Shown: piece by piece, positions 59,821 to 64,000 of the stretch
Layout of the letters: every line of letters starts with the position of its first letter
Position numbering within the stretch: position 1 is the stretch's first letter
Assembly (NCBI GenBank): GCA_041484665.1
Contig: JBGPIA010000004.1
Span: 1 to 64,000, forward strand
DNA from: Candidatus Krumholzibacteriia bacterium
GTDB lineage: Bacteria; Krumholzibacteriota; Krumholzibacteriia; JAJRXK01
DNA: 64,000 nt
Direction of reading: 5' to 3'
Notes under the pieces: model-generated
Told to the model about the DNA's origin: nothing
Databases searched by the model: none
Seen by the model: the letters and a program-made list of their open reading frames with translations, nothing else
Made by a program: the position numbers and the translations under genes

Positions 59821-61374
59821 CTAGCGCGGCCGCAGGGTGACGCACGGCACGATCAGCTCCTCCAGCGAGATGCCCCCGTGCTGGAAGCTGTCGCGGTATT
59901 GGCGCTCGTACTCGTGGAAGTTCGTGGGATAGACGAAGTAGTTGTACTCCTTGGCGCAGATGTAGTTCTGGATGGGCGAGTCCGACGGCAGTCCGAAGTC
60001 GCGTGGGTTCTTCATCACGAACGCGTCCTTGGGGTCGACGCCCAGGTTGTCTCCGTATTTGTAGCGCAGGTTGGTGGAGGCCTCGCGGTTGGCCTTCACC
60101 AGACTCGAGCGCTTGGCCTGCACCGACCCGTGGTCGGTCGTCACGACCACGACCGACTGCGGCGCGGCAGCGATCTCCTTGAGGGTCTCCAGCAGCGCGG
60201 AATGCTCGAACCACGAGCGCATCACCGAGCGGAAAGCCGACTCGTCGGGCGCCAGCTCGCGTAGCAGCTCGTTCTGGCTGCGGCCGTGGGCCAGGATGTC
60301 GAGGAAGTTGATCACGCCCACCACGAGCTGGACATCGCGCAAGGTGGGAATCTGCTTGCGCATCGCCTCGGTCTCGCCGGCGTTGAACGTCTTGAAGTAC
60401 TTGAAGCGGACGTCCTTGAGCCCCAGGCGCGCCAGCTGCGTGCCCAGCAGATCCCGCTCGTTGGCGTTCTTGCTCTTCTCCTCGTTGGCCGCGCCACGCC
60501 ACCACCGCGGGTAGCGGGCGGCGATCTCGACCGGCAGCAGCCCCGCGAAGATGGCGTTGCGGGCGAAGGGCGTCGCCGAGGGGAGGATGCTGTAGTAGCT
60601 CTCCCGCTGCAGCGCGTACAGCGAGTCGAGGCTGGGCTCCAGCACGCGCCACTGGTCCAGGCGCATGCAGTCGATCACGAACAGAAAAACCCGCGTCCCC
60701 GCCCGCAGGTGCGGCGCGACCCAGTGCTCGAACACGTGGTGGCTCATCACCGGGGCGTCGTGGCCCTGCATCCAGTCGCGGTAGCTGCGCTCCACGAAGC
60801 GGCCGAACTCGGCGTTGGCGTCGCGCAGCTGCTCGCTGTGGGCGTTCCACAGCCCGGGGTCCTCCAGGCGCGTGAGCTCCAGCTCCCAGGTCACCATCGT
60901 TTCGTAGATGGAGATCCAGTCGCGCCAGTGGCGCGCCTCCAGGCGCATGCGCGCCAGCTCGGCGAAGCCCTTCAGGTAGTCCTGGGTCACCTGGCGCCGC
61001 CGGATGGTCTCCTCGTCGAGGGCGCGCTTGAGGGCCATGAGGATCTGGGTGGGCTGGACCGGCTTGACCAGGAAGTCGGTGATGCGCCGTCCCAGCGCCC
61101 GGTCCATCAGCTCCTCCTCCTCGCTCTTGGTGATCATGATCACCGGCACGAGGGGATCGAGGCGCCGGATCGACTGCAGCGTTTCCATGCCGCCGCGCCC
61201 GGGCATCATCTCGTCGAGCAGGATGGCGTCGAAGCGGCGGTCGCGCACCAGCGAGATGGCGTCCTCGCCGTTGCTGACGCCGACGACCTGGAAGCCCTTT
61301 CCCTCCAGGAACAGGATCTGGCTGCGGAGCTCCTCGATCTGGTCGTCGGCCCAGAGGATGGTGCGGGCTGTCAT
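59821..61374 (-). CDS. PorX-like response regulator (REC + PglZ phosphodiesterase domain)
   Basis: ILWADD, LDEMMPG, MITKSEEE, IDCMRLDQW, LPSATPFARN, TTDHG and FQHGGISLEE motifs. Confidence 0.88.
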   Translation of the reverse strand: MTARTILWADDQIEELRSQILFLEGKGFQVVGVSNGEDAISLVRDRRFDAILLDEMMPGRGGMETLQSIRRLDPLVPVIMITKSEEEELMDRALGRRITDFLVKPVQPTQILMALKRALDEETIRRRQVTQDYLKGFAELARMRLEARHWRDWISIYETMVTWELELTRLEDPGLWNAHSEQLRDANAEFGRFVERSYRDWMQGHDAPVMSHHVFEHWVAPHLRAGTRVFLFVIDCMRLDQWRVLEPSLDSLYALQRESYYSILPSATPFARNAIFAGLLPVEIAARYPRWWRGAANEEKSKNANERDLLGTQLARLGLKDVRFKYFKTFNAGETEAMRKQIPTLRDVQLVVGVINFLDILAHGRSQNELLRELAPDESAFRSVMRSWFEHSALLETLKEIAAAPQSVVVVTTDHGSVQAKRSSLVKANREASTNLRYKYGDNLGVDPKDAFVMKNPRDFGLPSDSPIQNYICAKEYNYFVYPTNFHEYERQYRDSFQHGGISLEELIVPCVTLRPR

Positions 61375-61504
61375 GGGTCCTCCCCGATCTGGAGGCGTGG
61401 CGATCGCCGCTGCGTGAGGGGAGCGGCGCAGGAGCACAGCCACGCCGCGGGCCATGCGCGGGAGGACGGCCAGGCGCCGGCCGCCGCTCCCCCAATATAG
61501 AGGA

Positions 61505-62848
61505 TCATCCCGCTTTCAGCGTGACCCGCATCGTCGTGCCGACTCCTGGAGCGCTGCGCGCGACGTCGACGTCGCCACCGTGGTACTCCTCCACGATGCG
61601 GCGCACCAGCACCAGCCCCATCCCCCAGCCCGCCTTGCGCGTGGAGAACCCGGGCTCGAAGATGCGCCGCTGCAGCGCCGGGGTCATCCCCTTGCCGTTG
61701 TCGGACACGAGGATCTCGACGCTCTGCAGCTCGGGGCGGTAGCGGCAGGTCACCTCGACGAGCCCCTGCGCCTTGTCGATGGCGTCCAGGGCGTTCTTGA
61801 TCAGGTTCTCCAGCACCCACTCCAGCAGCTCCTCGTTGAGCGGCGCCAGCGGGACCTCCTCGAGGTAGCTCTCGATGCGCACGTGGCTGCCCAGGTGGGG
61901 AAGGCGCCGGCGGAAGTACGCGCAGACGCGCTCGGCCACCTGGTCGGCGCGCCCCAGCGAGAGCTTGGGGCGCCTGCCGATCTGGCTGAATCGCTCGGTG
62001 ACCTTGGTCAGGCGTTGCAGGTCGCGCGCGAGCTCGCCCAGCACCTGTTCGCGATCGAGCACGGAGTCGGCCGCGCCGGCGCCGGTGGCTTGCGCCGCCT
62101 GCGGGCCGCCCGCCCCGGGGCGCACGGCGCCGGGCGCGCCGCCGGTCTCCGAGAGCAGCGCGAGCCAGCCATTCATGCTGGTGAGCGGCGTGCCGAGCTG
62201 GTGCGCCGTTTCCTTGGCCATGCCGACCCAGATGCTGCGTTGCTCGCTGCGCTTGATGTTGCGGAAGGCCAGCAGCGCCACGCTCATGAACACCAGGATC
62301 GCCGCCGCCTCCAGCCATGGCATCCAACGCACGCGCGCGCCGAGGCTGCTGGCGCCGTAGTGCAGGTGGCCGATGGGACGCTCCTCCCCCGGAACGAGCA
62401 CGGCGATGGGCTCGCGCCGCCGGTCGAAGCGCCGCACGAGCTCCAGCACTTGTCGCACGTGGGGATCGGACGGGTTGCGGGGATCCTGGGCGAGCAGGTC
62501 CGCGTAGCGCTCCGGCAGCGGCACGCCCACTCGCCACTCGTTCCAGAAGTGGGGACGCCCTTCCCGGTCCGTCAGCACGAACGGGAACGTGACGTCCTTG
62601 ATCGCCAACAGCGACGCGCGCAGGTCGTGCTCCTGTTGGGGCGTGAGGCCGTGCTGTGGCAAGAGCAGCGTTGGCGCCGCGAAACGGGCGATGAAACGCG
62701 TGGTGAGGCGGTCCTGGAGCGCCACCTCTTCGGTAACGCGCAGCGTGAAGAACGCGACGGCGGTGCCGATCAGGACTAGCCCGATGAGCAGGTAGCTCTT
62801 GATGAGCGCGCGGCCCGTGGGCCCCTGGAAGAAGAGCGCCGGCGACAT
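61505..62848 (-). CDS. Membrane sensor histidine kinase
   Basis: Two TM segments; WVGMAKETAHQLGTP, NLIKNALDA, DNGKGM and GWGMGL motifs. Confidence 0.9.
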   Translation of the reverse strand: MSPALFFQGPTGRALIKSYLLIGLVLIGTAVAFFTLRVTEEVALQDRLTTRFIARFAAPTLLLPQHGLTPQQEHDLRASLLAIKDVTFPFVLTDREGRPHFWNEWRVGVPLPERYADLLAQDPRNPSDPHVRQVLELVRRFDRRREPIAVLVPGEERPIGHLHYGASSLGARVRWMPWLEAAAILVFMSVALLAFRNIKRSEQRSIWVGMAKETAHQLGTPLTSMNGWLALLSETGGAPGAVRPGAGGPQAAQATGAGAADSVLDREQVLGELARDLQRLTKVTERFSQIGRRPKLSLGRADQVAERVCAYFRRRLPHLGSHVRIESYLEEVPLAPLNEELLEWVLENLIKNALDAIDKAQGLVEVTCRYRPELQSVEILVSDNGKGMTPALQRRIFEPGFSTRKAGWGMGLVLVRRIVEEYHGGDVDVARSAPGVGTTMRVTLKAG

Positions 62849-62857
62849 GGGCGCGAC

Positions 62858-64000
62858 CTAGCCGATCTGCCTCACACCACCCATGTAGGGGATCAGCGGC
62901 TCGGGGACGCGGATCGCCCCGTCCTTGGTCTGGTAGTTCTCCATCACGGCCACGAGCATGCGCGGCAGCGCGAGCCCGCTGCCATTGAGCGTGTGCACCC
63001 AGGCGGGTTTGGCTCCCTTCTGGGTGCGGTAGCGGATCTGAGCGCGGCGGGACTGGAAGTCGCGGAAATTGCTACAGCTGCTCACCTCCAGCCAGGTGTC
63101 GACGCCCGGGCTGAAGACCTCCAGGTCGTAGCACTTGGCAGCGGCGAAGCCCAGGTCGCCGCTGGCGAGCTTCACCACGCGGTAAGGAAGCTCCAGCCGC
63201 TCGAGCAGCACCGTGGCGTCGGCCACCAGCTCCTCCAGCTCGGCCTCGCTGCGCTGTGGCGTGGTGAAGCGCACCATCTCCACCTTGTGGAACTGGTGCA
63301 CGCGGAGCATTCCGCGCGTGTCCTTGCCCGCCGATCCTGCCTCGCGGCGGAAGCAGGGGGAGAACGCCACGAAGCGCACCGGGAGCTGGTCGCCCTCCAG
63401 TACCTGCTCGCGCAGGTAGTTCGTCACCGACACCTCGGCGGTGGGGATGAGCCACAGCTGGTCGGGCGCGGTCACGTACATGTCGTCGGCCAGCTTGGGG
63501 AGTTGGCCGGTTCCGAACAGCGCGTGGTCACGCACCAGATACGGCGCGCTCATCTCGAGGTAGCCCTGCTCGCGCACGTGCACGTCGAGAAACCAGTTGA
63601 TGAGTGCGCGCTCCAGCCGCGCGCCTTCGCCCTTGAGCAGAATGAACCCGCTGCCGCTCATGCGTGCGGCCGCTTCCAGGTCGAGGATCCCCAGGCGCTG
63701 GCCCAGCTCCCAGTGCGGCAGCAGCCCCGGCCCGCTCGAGCGGGGCGTCCCCCACGTGCGCACGACCTGGTTGTGGCGCTCGTCGCCGCGCGGGACGTCC
63801 TGGTCCGGAAGGTTGGGAATGCACGCCTCCAGCGCGTCCAGCTCGGCAACCAGCGCCGTGATGCGCTCATCGCCGGCCTTGATGCGCTCGCTCACGTCGC
63901 GCATCTCCGCAATCGCAGGGCCGGCGTCTTGGCCGGCCTGCTTGCGGCGGGCGATGTCCTCATTGGCGGCGTTGCGCCGCGCCTTGAGCTGCTCCACCTC
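62858..64000 (-). CDS. serS: Seryl-tRNA synthetase (5' end outside the window)
   Basis: LIPTAEV, CFRREAG, RVHQFHKVE, EVSSCSN and HTLNGSGLA motifs. Confidence 0.96.
   Translation of the reverse strand, partial: EVEQLKARRNAANEDIARRKQAGQDAGPAIAEMRDVSERIKAGDERITALVAELDALEACIPNLPDQDVPRGDERHNQVVRTWGTPRSSGPGLLPHWELGQRLGILDLEAAARMSGSGFILLKGEGARLERALINWFLDVHVREQGYLEMSAPYLVRDHALFGTGQLPKLADDMYVTAPDQLWLIPTAEVSVTNYLREQVLEGDQLPVRFVAFSPCFRREAGSAGKDTRGMLRVHQFHKVEMVRFTTPQRSEAELEELVADATVLLERLELPYRVVKLASGDLGFAAAKCYDLEVFSPGVDTWLEVSSCSNFRDFQSRRAQIRYRTQKGAKPAWVHTLNGSGLALPRMLVAVMENYQTKDGAIRVPEPLIPYMGGVRQIG

Noticed and set aside
59821..61374. PglZ domain as a BREX defence system
   Set aside because: It is fused to a receiver domain (PorX type) and no brxC/pglX genes are nearby

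Overview
GC-rich (roughly 70% by eye), gene-dense chromosomal window from a diderm bacterium. An FCB-superphylum-like lineage is inferred from the FlgD/T9SS-like C-terminal sorting domain, the PorX-type REC-PglZ regulator next to tsaE, and a large LptD. Contents in order: a 4-hydroxybenzoyl-CoA-reductase-like Mo-hydroxylase operon with divergent DUF2889-like and Rieske genes; outer-membrane/lipoprotein genes and a secreted M1 peptidase; an AAA+/vWA pair; fur-feoB-(Cys-rich)-DtxR/FeoA-alr; prkA-yeaH-spoVR; a sigma54 signalling block; cystathionine beta-synthase and gamma-lyase; and a long housekeeping run (serS-kinase-porX-like-tsaE-tsaB-rimI-accD-folC-ROK-lptD). Top leads: (1) a tetraheme cytochrome c/UshA-like selenoprotein split in the ORF track by an in-frame UGA (CGU) that is followed by a SECIS-like hairpin; (2) a candidate promoter-driven structured ncRNA at about 14245-14500; (3) a 1468-aa STAND-like sigma54 activator flanked by three -24/-12 promoters and a paired enhancer-like palindrome; (4) a 58-aa zinc-finger microprotein missed by the ORF track. 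No tRNA, rRNA, CRISPR array or transposase was recognised. All calls come from reading motifs by eye, with no database search.
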